This document shows positions 1-9,948 of a DNA stretch of 64,000 nt, piece after piece. The translations under genes were made by a program, and so were the position numbers. Source of the DNA: Tricharina praecox (taxonomy: Eukaryota); NCBI RefSeq assembly GCF_024521635.1, contig NW_026250407.1, positions 1,364,001 through 1,428,000 of the forward strand, in the 5' to 3' direction. Position 1 is the stretch's first letter. Each line of letters starts with the position of its first letter. The notes below the pieces were generated by a model. It was not told where the DNA came from. It saw nothing but the letters and a program-made list of their open reading frames with translations, and did not search any database.

Positions 1-466
1 CGAAGATTCACCTTACGCTCCGTAAGTTCCAGGCTCGAGCGAAGCTTTCCCACAGAGAGTCAAATTTAAAGCTCAACATAAACGCAGGTCAGTTCCCTCC
101 TGCCCCGCCTCCATCGCATACCATCGCATACACTCCGAGCATCGGCGACATGACGGCACGAACAGGCTCCCTGACAGATGGCTACGTATTCGCGGACCTA
201 CCTCTGGGCCTCATCAGCAGCGGCTGGGAGGATGTTTCACCAGAGGAAAGAGGAACGGCCGAAGAAGAGCAGGCCTTGGAGGAGTTGAAAAGCATCATGG
301 GCGGGACTGAGTTTCACGGTGTCGGTCAGTCGATAAGGGAGTTTGGGGTCTTTTCTGGGGTACGTTTGCTTCCGGGAAGAGCAGTGGTAACTAACCACAG
401 GAGAAAGGACTGACTGACTGGTTGGCAGAAGTGGGTGCGGAGCTTGGGTCGGGCGGCGTGGAGTGA
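1..466 (+). CDS. 3' part of a hypothetical protein (partial, runs off the left edge); exons <1-87, 166-359, 401-466
   Basis: The frame is open from base 3 (KIHLTLRKFQARAKLSHRESNLKLNINA). A GTCAGT..CAG intron (88-165) joins in phase to GSLTDGYVFADLPLGLISSGW. A GTACGT..CTAAC..CAG intron (360-400) joins to EKGLTDWLAEVGAELGSGGVE-TGA. No family recognised. Confidence 0.45.
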
Positions 467-2737
467 TTTGGCAAGTACCGGGGTGATAATACCAGATGTT
501 GCGGCGACTACACGGTGTGCGCGATGCTCGGGGATATAGGGTTGCGTGTCTGAGGGTGTCTGGGAGGCGCGGTGTCATGAGGACCTTGTTTTCTGTCATT
601 AATTGTATTCCAACGAGCTTTCAGATGACTTCAAAAGTGGCCGGACACGCCGCACTACCTACTCTAAGCAGTGGTGTGACGTCGTTCATAGAACAGGGTT
701 GATGTATGCCGTGACCTTCGTCGAAGTTCCAACTTGACGAGCCCACAGCAGGTACTCCTGCTACAGCACTCCACCCAACACCTCCACATCTCAGCCCTGA
801 TGACATCTTTCCTCCAACATTCACCTTCTGATACCCTTGGATCCGACACTTCCGAAGTCATCTAATACGCCAGCGGAGGCCTTTGCGGCGGTCGTACACA
901 GCAAGTTCAAGTTCAAATACAGACTTTCCGAATCGATTCCATCATCCGCCAAATACAGAGGATGTCCTCAACTAGACGCCTGATGGAGCGACAGCAGTAT
1001 ATGCCCTGGCCCTACCGCGATACCGAAGGGGCGTCCTATGAGCGAGTCTCGTGGTATGTAGGCATGCTGAGAACCCTCGAAGGTACACATGATGAAGATC
1101 AACGCGTGCACAGTGTGGATGGTGTGGGAGGTAAGTTTCTCGCGGTTTATTGAAGCGCGATCCGAGTTAGGAAGATCCTACCTAGGGCTTCTGATCAAAC
1201 AGCATTTCTCGGGCGAATTATTCCAGTCTCTTTTTCCAGGTGGAATACTTACGATTCACCTTGACTCCCGCAGTGCCGATCAGGAGGAGGTTGTTTGATC
1301 GTCCCGGACGGGGCGGGCGCTGGTCGAGGCCCTCCCACATTCCGGAACTTTTTTTCGCCCGCTTGCGCCGAATGCACGGGCCGGGCCGAAGCCAACGTCA
1401 GACGAGCTCCCCCGCATGCATGTATGTGTACGGCTAAGCAACTAGGGTTCCCCGCATAGATATCTGACCGGCAACTCTAGCTAGCCACCGGTCATCGGAT
1501 ATAAATATCTTTCCGAACCCTCAAGGAACGCGGAGCGCCCGCAGTAGATCGCGGTAAATACGCAGTATTCTGGGGAATGATCCGGACGCAGTGGTTGGAC
1601 CGGAAAGGTTCCGGGCACACCACCCCAAGTTAACAATTTGAGAAATTGCGTACTGTGGGACACAGCGGAAACGGCGGGCATGGTAGATGCACGAGCGGTG
1701 AAATTTCGCCGACCTAGCTAGACCAGATTTGGTGGGGTCAAACGTTCAGAGTGCTCTTGTTTATTTTGCCGGCGGTCTGTCTGTCTGTCTCATCGTCCAT
1801 CATCATTGTTTTCATCATTGCTTTCATCGTCTGTTTTCTTTGCCGGTTAGGTACTTGATTTGTCTAAGGGGTTGTCTGGTCGTTTCTTTAGTGTGCTCTC
1901 TTGCTATTGGGTCTCCTGAATTTTACAGGAGGTCTTTCTTCTTTCACGAATCATTTCTCTCTTCGTGACTTGTACTTGACTTTCTTCACCCTCGTCACAA
2001 CATATCTCTATCAAAGTCGGCTGAGGGCCCCTCCGGCTCTCGGTTATTCAATACCTATTGTCGACTGAGCCACAATACAAACAAAAAGTGTGGCGTGCTG
2101 TTGAATATCTGGGTTGCTGAATGGGTCTTCGGGGGAGATGAGAGTTTGCAGCTGCAGCTTTGGTAACCTAGCCTTGGAAAAGGGTTTCGGAGATCATATG
2201 AACATGAAGTCTGGGGGATTAGAACTAGGATTGAGAGTGCTATATCGGATTTCAAGCTTAAACTGGCAAGTTCATTTGATTTTGGAACAACATCGGCGGT
2301 TATTATACTCATGTGACATGGAAGACTACGCAGTAGTACTCGGTGAAAGAGTAAGTGGTGCCTCACCTTGCGCTTATAATTCCTAATGGCCGTGAGGTAT
2401 GACCTATCGGCTGTTCCTGGTACACTTCTCTAGGCTCGGTATGACACCTGAAGCAATTCCAGTCCATGAAGTCGATTGAAATGGAGGAAGGTGGTTGGAG
2501 GCTTGAAAACTGTGAGCATCCGCTGATCTGGGCAATATAAATTCATTGTTCATAGTCACATGTTATCCAAATGAGCCAAGCAAAGACTTGAGTTTATTCT
2601 ACACTCCAAGTAGGGTCCATCGTAGTTGTAAGCCCTGTTTTGCAGTGAAGCTTCTTGCTCCTTAAGAAAAAAAACAAAAGCCTCGAAAAATGGAAACTGT
2701 ATTTAAATAACCGCCTAAAAGCACCTAGCACCTCGGC

Positions 2738-2822
2738 GCTCGACTACCTGGCAGATTAGACTATCTGGCAAGCTCGACTACCTGGCAAGCTCGAATACCT
2801 AGCAAGCTCGACTACCTTGAAA
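2738..2822 (+). repeat. Tandem array of 5 x 17 bp (consensus GCTCGACTACCTGGCAA)
   Basis: Read directly: gctcgactacctggcag / attagactatctggcaa / gctcgactacctggcaa / gctcgaatacctagcaa / gctcgactaccttgaaa. Confidence 0.9.
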
Positions 2823-2854
2823 CCTCTCCCTTCATCTCTGTGCGTTCAACCACT

Positions 2855-4411
2855 ATGTTCGCCCGAATTCAACAGTTCTTTGCTTCCTGGAACGCGTCCT
2901 CCCCAGATGCCGTAACTCCTCACTATATTCCTTCTTTTGAACCGGGCCTCTTTACTATATGCATAAATGGTGCTCCGGTAGCCACGTATTCAAACAAAGA
3001 TTATGACTTCTCCTACTTCTCCGCCGGCTGTGACCCTCTCCATCTCGAGATTTCGGGCCTTTCCCCTATCGATGAAGCACTCGTCTCTCCGTTGAAACTC
3101 AACATCATACCAACGATCGCGGATGGCAAAGTCTCAGCCACTCTGCCAGGGCCGGGATACTACATCATCAAGATCGGCGCTTCCCGCCAGCTCGTCATCC
3201 TCGCCGACTCTCACCATCAGTCACCGGCATCAGGCGGTACGGGGATCTGGAATGTTCAAGACCACGGTGCCGCGTCCAACGGCACCTCGATTTCCGACAC
3301 CACCGCCGCATTCCAGTCATGTCTTGACGCCGCGTCCGATTCCTCCGACCCCAACGCCCTCGTATTTGTCCCTCCGGGTCTCTACGCAGTCGGAAACATC
3401 GTGCTGAAATCCAACTCGTCATTTTACCTCTCTCCCGGCGCAATACTTCGATTCAGTCCCGAGGAAAAAGACCAGTATAAAATACATTGGTACAAGAACT
3501 CGCAAGGACGGCGGCCGATAACATGGTGGATCTCGACCGCCTTTGGGTCCCGCAACATCCGGGTGTTCGGCCACGGAGTTCTCGACGGCAACGGTGTTGC
3601 CGCAGCCGCGGCCGGTATCGGGAACAACCTCCTCGTTCCCATCCAAACCGAAAATTTCTCATGCGAGGGAATCCTATTCCTGAACTCCGCGTCGTGGGCG
3701 TGCACGCCAATCATGGTCACCAACGGTACATTCCAGGACTGCAAGTTTATCAACCGATTCACTGAGACGGGCGAGAATGATGGGATTGATGTGATGCACT
3801 CGGAGAACATTGTCGTCCGCCACGCGATTGGAATCGGCCTGGATGATCCGTTCTCGACAAAGACATGGGGTAGGGAGAGCGATATCGCCGAATCCTGGCC
3901 GCTCCCGGACGATGGACTGCCGGGGCTGAGGGGCGTCACTTTCGACGATACCCTGAGCTGGACTATCTGCTTTGGTGTCAAGGTGGGCGCCGGGATGTGG
4001 TCGCCGCACGAGGATATTGTCTTTCGGAATGCGGTGGTCTACGATACGAGTATTGCCATTGGGATACATTTCCAGTCCGGATCCTCGCGTGTCAAGGGTG
4101 TCCTGTTTGAGGATATCGACGTGGAGAACGCCACATGGACAAACATGGATATCTCGACTTGGTGCGCTTTTATGGTTACGGGAGGTGATGCTGGCGAGGA
4201 GGATTATCCGATTCAAGATGTGGTGGTGAAGAATGTGCGAGTACGGATGGGTGGACGGAAGCATGCAGTTTTGGCGGGGCAGCAGGGAAGGGTTATTGAT
4301 CAGGTGGAGTTTAGGAACGTGGTCATGCCAGGAAGCATAGGGCAGGCGGACAGCTTGGAGGACATGCAGTTTGAAGACGTGATGTACGCCCAGAACATCA
4401 CCATCTCATAG
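2855..4411 (+). CDS. Pectin-lyase-fold (right-handed beta-helix) glycoside hydrolase, GH28-like; intronless, no obvious signal peptide
   Basis: 518-aa ORF from ATG 2855. It has the beta-helix cap motif NVQDHGA..DTTAAFQSCLD..VFVPPGLY..IVLKSN..L, then GHGVLDGNG, and the catalytic-type Asp motifs ENDGID and GLDD, as in inverting GH28/GH49-type enzymes. Confidence 0.75.
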   Translation: MFARIQQFFASWNASSPDAVTPHYIPSFEPGLFTICINGAPVATYSNKDYDFSYFSAGCDPLHLEISGLSPIDEALVSPLKLNIIPTIADGKVSATLPGPGYYIIKIGASRQLVILADSHHQSPASGGTGIWNVQDHGAASNGTSISDTTAAFQSCLDAASDSSDPNALVFVPPGLYAVGNIVLKSNSSFYLSPGAILRFSPEEKDQYKIHWYKNSQGRRPITWWISTAFGSRNIRVFGHGVLDGNGVAAAAAGIGNNLLVPIQTENFSCEGILFLNSASWACTPIMVTNGTFQDCKFINRFTETGENDGIDVMHSENIVVRHAIGIGLDDPFSTKTWGRESDIAESWPLPDDGLPGLRGVTFDDTLSWTICFGVKVGAGMWSPHEDIVFRNAVVYDTSIAIGIHFQSGSSRVKGVLFEDIDVENATWTNMDISTWCAFMVTGGDAGEEDYPIQDVVVKNVRVRMGGRKHAVLAGQQGRVIDQVEFRNVVMPGSIGQADSLEDMQFEDVMYAQNITIS

Positions 4412-4511
4412 CCTCATTATCTCATACCCTCACGAGTACAAGTAACACGCTGTGGAGCAAATTGTATGGGTCACTTGCGAAAAAAGAGGCCTCAACAGGC
4501 AAAAGAATGAA

Positions 4512-4592
4512 TGATTCAGCCGGGATTTGAACCCGGGTCGGGCGCAGAATGCTAGGTGGCAAGCGCCCATGATACCCCTACACTACTGAGTC
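4512..4592 (-). tRNA. tRNA-Gly(GCC) with a 10-nt intron (4547-4556); atypical acceptor stem, possibly a pseudo-tRNA
   Basis: Minus strand reads GACTCAG TA GTGTAGGGGTATCAT G GGCGC TT GCC A [cctagcattc] T GCGCC CGAC CCGGG TTCAAAT CCCGG CTGAATC A. A box and B box are intact and T-tracts follow downstream. There is a C3:A70 mismatch. Confidence 0.75.
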
Positions 4593-4593
4593 A
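4587..4593. promoter_or_regulatory. Gcn4/CpcA (AP-1-type) site TGAGTCA, about 270 bp upstream of ARG8
   Basis: Perfect TGA(C/G)TCA heptamer upstream of an arginine-biosynthesis gene, a class known to be under cross-pathway control. Confidence 0.45.
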
Positions 4594-4860
4594 TGTCTAC
4601 ATATGGTGTGGTACATTTGTTATATCTAGTACCCACTCAGCACAGCAAGATCTGATTGATGATGCAATTTCGAGTGCCTTAATTAATCTGGGTTACACAG
4701 AAAAAGTTCTCGCCGACTCACCGTCTCATCTCCGCGCCATTACATATTCCCGTTGACCCACTTTCCTCTCCTCCGCATCCGCCTCTCTTCTTTGCCTCCG
4801 CATAAGTTTTCGTTACGAGCTGCTGGTCAGAGTTCTTAAACTTTATCGCAATAGTCCACG

Positions 4861-6406
4861 ATGGCCGCCCTCCGCCTCGCATCCAAACGGGTTCTAACCT
4901 CAGCGGCGAAGCTCCAGCTTCGCTCGGTAGCGGCCACTAACAGCTCCCTCTTCGTTGCCCGCGCCGCATCGACCAGCAGTCTCCCTGCCGAAGCACGAGC
5001 CGAATTCGTCGTGCGTTCATTCTTCCCCCGGCCTACAATGCTACAATTGAAGTTGCCCCGAATAATGACGCCCGACACCAGAAAGAGGCCCGCCTTCCCA
5101 GCTTCGATCCCCCCGCCGACTCTCAGAGCGCTGCGCTCGTGAGCCAACACCTGCCGTACATGGTCGCAACCTACGCGCGGCCCCCGCAGGTCTTCGTCAA
5201 GGGCGATGGATGCTACCTCTACGATATCGAGAATCGACGATACATCGACTTCAACGCTGGTATCGCCGTCAACGCTCTCGGCCACAACGATGCGCACCTG
5301 TGCAACCTTATCTACGATCAGGCAAAGCAGCTGATTCACGTCAGTAACCTCTACCACAACCCTTGGACCGGCGCGCTGTCGCAGTTGTTGGTGGAGCGCA
5401 CGAAGGAAATGGGAGGGTTCCACAACGCTAGCAGGGCGTTCATTTGTAACTCTGGATCGGAGGCGAATGAGGCGGCTATCAAGTTTGCGAGGAAAGTTGG
5501 AAAGGCTGTCGGTGGTGAGAAGAAGGTGGGCATCGTCAGTTTCGAGAACTCCTTCCACGGACGTACAATGGGAAGTTTGAGTGCCACCCCGAACAAGAAG
5601 TACCAAGCACCCTTCGGACCCATGGTGCCCGGGTTCTCCTACGGCAAGTACAATGATGTTGAGGGCATCAATGCGTTGGTCACTGAAGAGACTTGTGGTG
5701 TTATTGTCGAGCCTATCCAGGGTGAGGGAGGTGTGTGGACTGGTAGCGAAGTGTTCTTGACCAAACTGAGGAAGAGGTGTACCGAAGTTGGTGCGGTGTT
5801 GATCTACGATGAGATTCAGGTATGGCCTCGCTAGTCTTTAACCTAAATATATCCTCATACTGATCGGTGGGGCAGTGCGGAGTCGGACGCACCGGAAAGC
5901 TGTGGGCCCACCAGTTCCTTCCTAAGGAAGCGCATCCCGACATCCTTACGATGGCCAAGGCCCTTGGCAACGGTTTCCCCATCGGCGCCACCATGGTGAA
6001 CGAGTGGGTGGCAGAGAAGATCGTTACCGGTGACCACGGAACCACCTTTGGAGGTAACCCGCTCGCCTCGCGTGTGGGTCACTACGTCTTTGAGCGTATC
6101 GCCAAGCCCGAGTTTCTTGCTGCTGTCGAGGAGAAGAGCAAGGTGTTCGTGAAACACCTCAATGTCCTCAAGGCGAAATACCCAGAGGTCATAACGGAGA
6201 TTCGAGGCAAGGGTTTGATCCTCGGAGCGCAGTTGGACCGGGATCCTACGGCGCTTATTAAGGAGTGCCGGGAGAGGGGCCTGCTCCTCATCACGGCTGG
6301 TACCAATGTGGTGAGGTTTGTCCCGCCGTTGGTGATTGAGGAAAGTGTCATAGAGGAGGGTATGCAGATTCTCGACGAGGCATTGGCGGCGTTTGTGAAG
6401 AAATAG
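4861..6406 (+). CDS. ARG8: Acetylornithine aminotransferase, mitochondrial; exons 4861-5010, 5082-5819, 5876-6406
   Basis: Arg/Ala/Ser-rich presequence. Class-III aminotransferase motifs DFNAGIAVNALGH, NSGSEANEAAIKFARK, FHGRTMG, EPIQGEGG, DEIQ|CGVGRTG, PDILTMAKALGNGFPIGA and HGTTFGGNPL. Both introns splice in phase. Confidence 0.95.
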
Positions 6407-6441
6407 AATGGAGGTTTGTGAAGAAATAGAATGGAGGTTTG
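6391..6441 (+). repeat. Perfect 23-bp tandem duplication spanning the ARG8 stop codon
   Basis: gtttgtgaagaaatagaatggag at 6391-6413 and 6414-6436, followed by gtttg. Confidence 0.95.
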
Positions 6442-7156
6442 GGCGTCGCATTTGGGTGTATCTCAGTACTTAGACCATAATTCTCGGAGGGGAACGGATA
6501 GAGGTAATGGGTACACGGGTTCCGCTACTATTCATACCGACAATATGCCACCCGTGAGAGACAGAGAGAACCGCAATTTATTTCGCATACAGCCTTATTA
6601 CCGTAGACTATGGCGAACCAAAACAACCAACTCTTCCTGCCCGCTCTAAAAGGGTCGAGATGGAAACTCCGCCCATACGCCACCCTTGTTTCTTTCTTTC
6701 TTTGTTTACTCGTTGCATTCGACCTTATTCTATAGTTCATGGCAGTTACAAACATACGCCATCCGTTACAGCAGGCCTGAGCATACGCAGGGCGTAACAG
6801 AGTGATGTCTCATGCGGAGCCATGCAGCCTGCAGACACCTCTGTATGTCCTGTTCCTGCATAATTTTTGTATGATCTGGCATTCGTCATTTACCCGGTTG
6901 CTCCTACAACGCGGCGTGGAGAAATTCTGCGTCACACATGTGGACGATCAAATCGAGGCTGGAAGAGACGACGCCAACTACGCCGCACTAATTTAGGTTA
7001 GCATAGCAGGCACGCGAAACACCATCCAGAGCAACCACACTCACTCCCGCAGTTGTCGTCCAAAGCCAGAGGAAACAAAAAGGAAACATCTTCATAACTC
7101 GACAAAACACCCCCAACTCGGCGGAAAGAACCTCACAGTACAATACTTGCCGTGGC

Positions 7157-9112
7157 ATGTCTCGCCGCCCTCAACCCCGCTCGTCGCCCGGCTTTGCGCC
7201 TCCGCCTCCCATCCCCGCAGCTGCTTCCCATGGCCGCTCTCCTTCGGCCTCGTCAACCTCCTCTACATCATCCATCGCTTCGGGCTCTCGTCAGGGGTTC
7301 ACGAATTTCAAGAACTCTTCTACGTCGACGATCAAGCTAGTTCCACCTACGACACCACGTTCCCCTTCACGATCCTCTGCAAACACAGTCGCGCCCCCGC
7401 TCTCCGCAGGCATCCATACCTCTCCACGGGCCGCAATGGCGCAGCAGCAGCAACAACAGCAGCAGCGATCGCAGCAAGGCCCTGGAAACTTCGGGCCCAC
7501 ACTGATGCATCCTTCCGTACCAACGCAACAGCGACAACAGCAGGAACAACAGCCGCCGCAGCAGCAAGCCGTCGCTGCGTACGCGATGCAGTCGTCGATG
7601 CGCAAACGTTCCGCCACCGAGCCATCTCCTACCTCGCCGCCGCTCTTGGGCTCGATCATGTCTGGCGCTGCTGCTTCAGCCATCTTTCATGCCACCGCCG
7701 CAATGAACATCCCGCACGCGATTCCACACCCCCCGCCTCCCCCGCCGTCGGAGCGCACGCTCCCATCACCGTCCACCAGCGCCCCCGCCGCGACCAAGAA
7801 GGAGGGAATGAAGAAGATCTTTTCTAAGCCTGGCAGGATCGGCACTCCCGGAATCGAGAAGACGCTGCGACCTCCGCCTAGCCCTAACAAGTTACCCCAG
7901 ATCTCGTCGCCAATCCCCCGGCTCGCCCCTGGGAATGACGAGAGCAGTCGCAGGCCGAGCTATTCGAGCGCGTACACTTCCAGCACGCTTGTTGCTGGTT
8001 CGGAAATCGCGTTTTCGGTTTCGCCGCCAACTACAATCATTGAACGTGGCTTCAGGGAGACTAAAGACGAGGTAAAGAAGGAAAAAGATCACCACCGAAC
8101 ACATTTCCTGCGCACCCGTCGCGACAAAGATCACGGCGCGTTCTCGTCGTCCAACTCCAACTCGAAAATGGCCGATGCTGCGGGAAGCCTATACTCCTTT
8201 ACCCCGTCGTCCCCGTCATCCACCGTCTTTGCTTCGTCGAAGGACCTCCAGAAGACCATATCCGGCATTGACATCACCTCGGCGTCGAAAACATCGAAAA
8301 CATTCAAAGCAGCTCTCGGTGGCGGCGGCATGTCATCCTACGAAGACTCCTTTCTCGCGCTAGACCTTGGACCTTCGGAAAACGCGTGGTCCACACTATG
8401 CGCGCGTGTGCTCCCCCTGTTCGACGGCGACCTCCTCCGTAACACCGTCGAAGACCTCAACAGACTTGTCGCTCTACACATCAAGCGCTGCGTTGACCGC
8501 CGCGAGCCGGTGCTCCTCATCAATGATGTCCGCATGCTACTGGAAACAGGCATGAGCTCGATTGAACCTCATCTGAACGAGCTGCCGGATGAGCGATTGC
8601 TTTCACGACTGGTTGAGATCTGGAGCCTTGTATTCCGGTACACGACCCCCTACCTCGAAGCGGTCCTGCTGCCGCTCCAGCAGGAGTTCAAAGGCTCGGG
8701 CTCGTTACTTACCCCCCGCGAAAGTCGCGAGTTCTTCGGCGTCGATGTTGCTGCCACCGCCGGCAGTCCCATGGGCCTCGATGTGCGCCGACTGATCATG
8801 ATTGCCATGCGCGACTGCATCGTTCTACCGGTCTACGAACGACTTAGGGTGTTGTTCTCACGGCTACAGTTGGACCTTTCGGGGAATCACGAAGATGGAA
8901 TGGAGGTTGTCGGCCGCATGCTGCAGTGCGTCAGTGTGCTTGCGGCGGCAGGCACCGGCGACGAGGCACAGGGAATGGTGGATGAACTGGGCAAACGGCT
9001 CAAGTGGAATTGGCTTTCTCGCGGACGCACAGGGCGCAATAGGAAGGGCTTTGTGGGTACCAAGATGAGGCCGGTGGGAGTGGGCGATGGTGGCTCGTTT
9101 GGCGTGTTGTAA
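7157..9112 (+). CDS. HbrB-domain protein (Bit61/Protor-like, TORC2-associated family); intronless
   Basis: 651-aa ORF with a disordered Ser/Pro/Gln N-terminus. The C-terminal domain AWSTLCARVLPLFDG..VEDLNRLV..LVEIWSLVF..PYLEAVLLPL..RDCIVLP..RMLQCVSVL..RGRTGRNRKGFVG matches the fungal HbrB family as I recall it. Confidence 0.8.
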   Translation: MSRRPQPRSSPGFAPPPPIPAAASHGRSPSASSTSSTSSIASGSRQGFTNFKNSSTSTIKLVPPTTPRSPSRSSANTVAPPLSAGIHTSPRAAMAQQQQQQQQRSQQGPGNFGPTLMHPSVPTQQRQQQEQQPPQQQAVAAYAMQSSMRKRSATEPSPTSPPLLGSIMSGAAASAIFHATAAMNIPHAIPHPPPPPPSERTLPSPSTSAPAATKKEGMKKIFSKPGRIGTPGIEKTLRPPPSPNKLPQISSPIPRLAPGNDESSRRPSYSSAYTSSTLVAGSEIAFSVSPPTTIIERGFRETKDEVKKEKDHHRTHFLRTRRDKDHGAFSSSNSNSKMADAAGSLYSFTPSSPSSTVFASSKDLQKTISGIDITSASKTSKTFKAALGGGGMSSYEDSFLALDLGPSENAWSTLCARVLPLFDGDLLRNTVEDLNRLVALHIKRCVDRREPVLLINDVRMLLETGMSSIEPHLNELPDERLLSRLVEIWSLVFRYTTPYLEAVLLPLQQEFKGSGSLLTPRESREFFGVDVAATAGSPMGLDVRRLIMIAMRDCIVLPVYERLRVLFSRLQLDLSGNHEDGMEVVGRMLQCVSVLAAAGTGDEAQGMVDELGKRLKWNWLSRGRTGRNRKGFVGTKMRPVGVGDGGSFGVL

Positions 9113-9948
9113 ATGTTGGGTTTCGGTGTTTGCTTGAACAGGCTGGCTGGATTGGAGTTTGGGGATTCGGCGCGCGATTCTTTTCGATGTTGCTTCAGAT
9201 GAGCAAGGGACCCATTTTATTGTACAATAGTTTTTCTTTGTTCCGTTCTTGTTACTTCTGTTGCTCTGGGGACACGATTTTCGCACCGACTGCGCGGGTT
9301 TTCTTTTGTATTATTACTACCTCACTTTGCTGTTGTCTTTTTCCTTGGGATTAGTATCTCTTTGGTCGTTGGGGCTTGTTTTCGGGGCTTTCTTTTGCGT
9401 CTTGCGAGTACGGTTCTTTTGGCTATGGCCAGGGGTGTTTGGTTTTCTTTTGTATTGCATTGCGTTCTGTTGGGGGGTAGTGATATGCTTTGCGTTGCTT
9501 GCTGGGCAATAAACTGATCTATATCTGATTTCATCGCCAAAACCCCAAAACGTGAAGGCTTTGAGCTCTTCACATGATATCACCATCTCGCCTAGCGGCA
9601 CTTGTTGGAGTTCTTCCAGGGTGGCTTGTGGCACAAAGCTAGGCTCGAAGAAAAAGTTTACGGTTTCGCCCCACCACACACCACACGCACGCACACACGC
9701 ACATTTAGCGACTGCTTCCTAGAATGTGTGAGCTTCGCTCCACCACCACCACCACCACGGTTTTCGCACATTGAATGTGCGCGTAGCAGGAAGAAGAAGT
9801 CAGTGCTCAACTACCTCCAACCTTCTTTGCCACTATCCTGTCTGTTCTGTCCGAGTCGTCGAAATCCTACCACCCGCACCCGCTCGTTCGCCTCCCCCAC
9901 CCCCCCCCCGCCCGCACCGTACCGTACCCTACTGTCACCCTCGGAAAA

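Noticed and set aside
9130..9512. Hydrophobic ORFs resembling membrane proteins (similar ones at 42704-43172, 45875-46210, 61246-61461, 63216-63645)
   Set aside because: They arise from T-rich UTR or intergenic low-complexity sequence and mostly begin at non-ATG codons.
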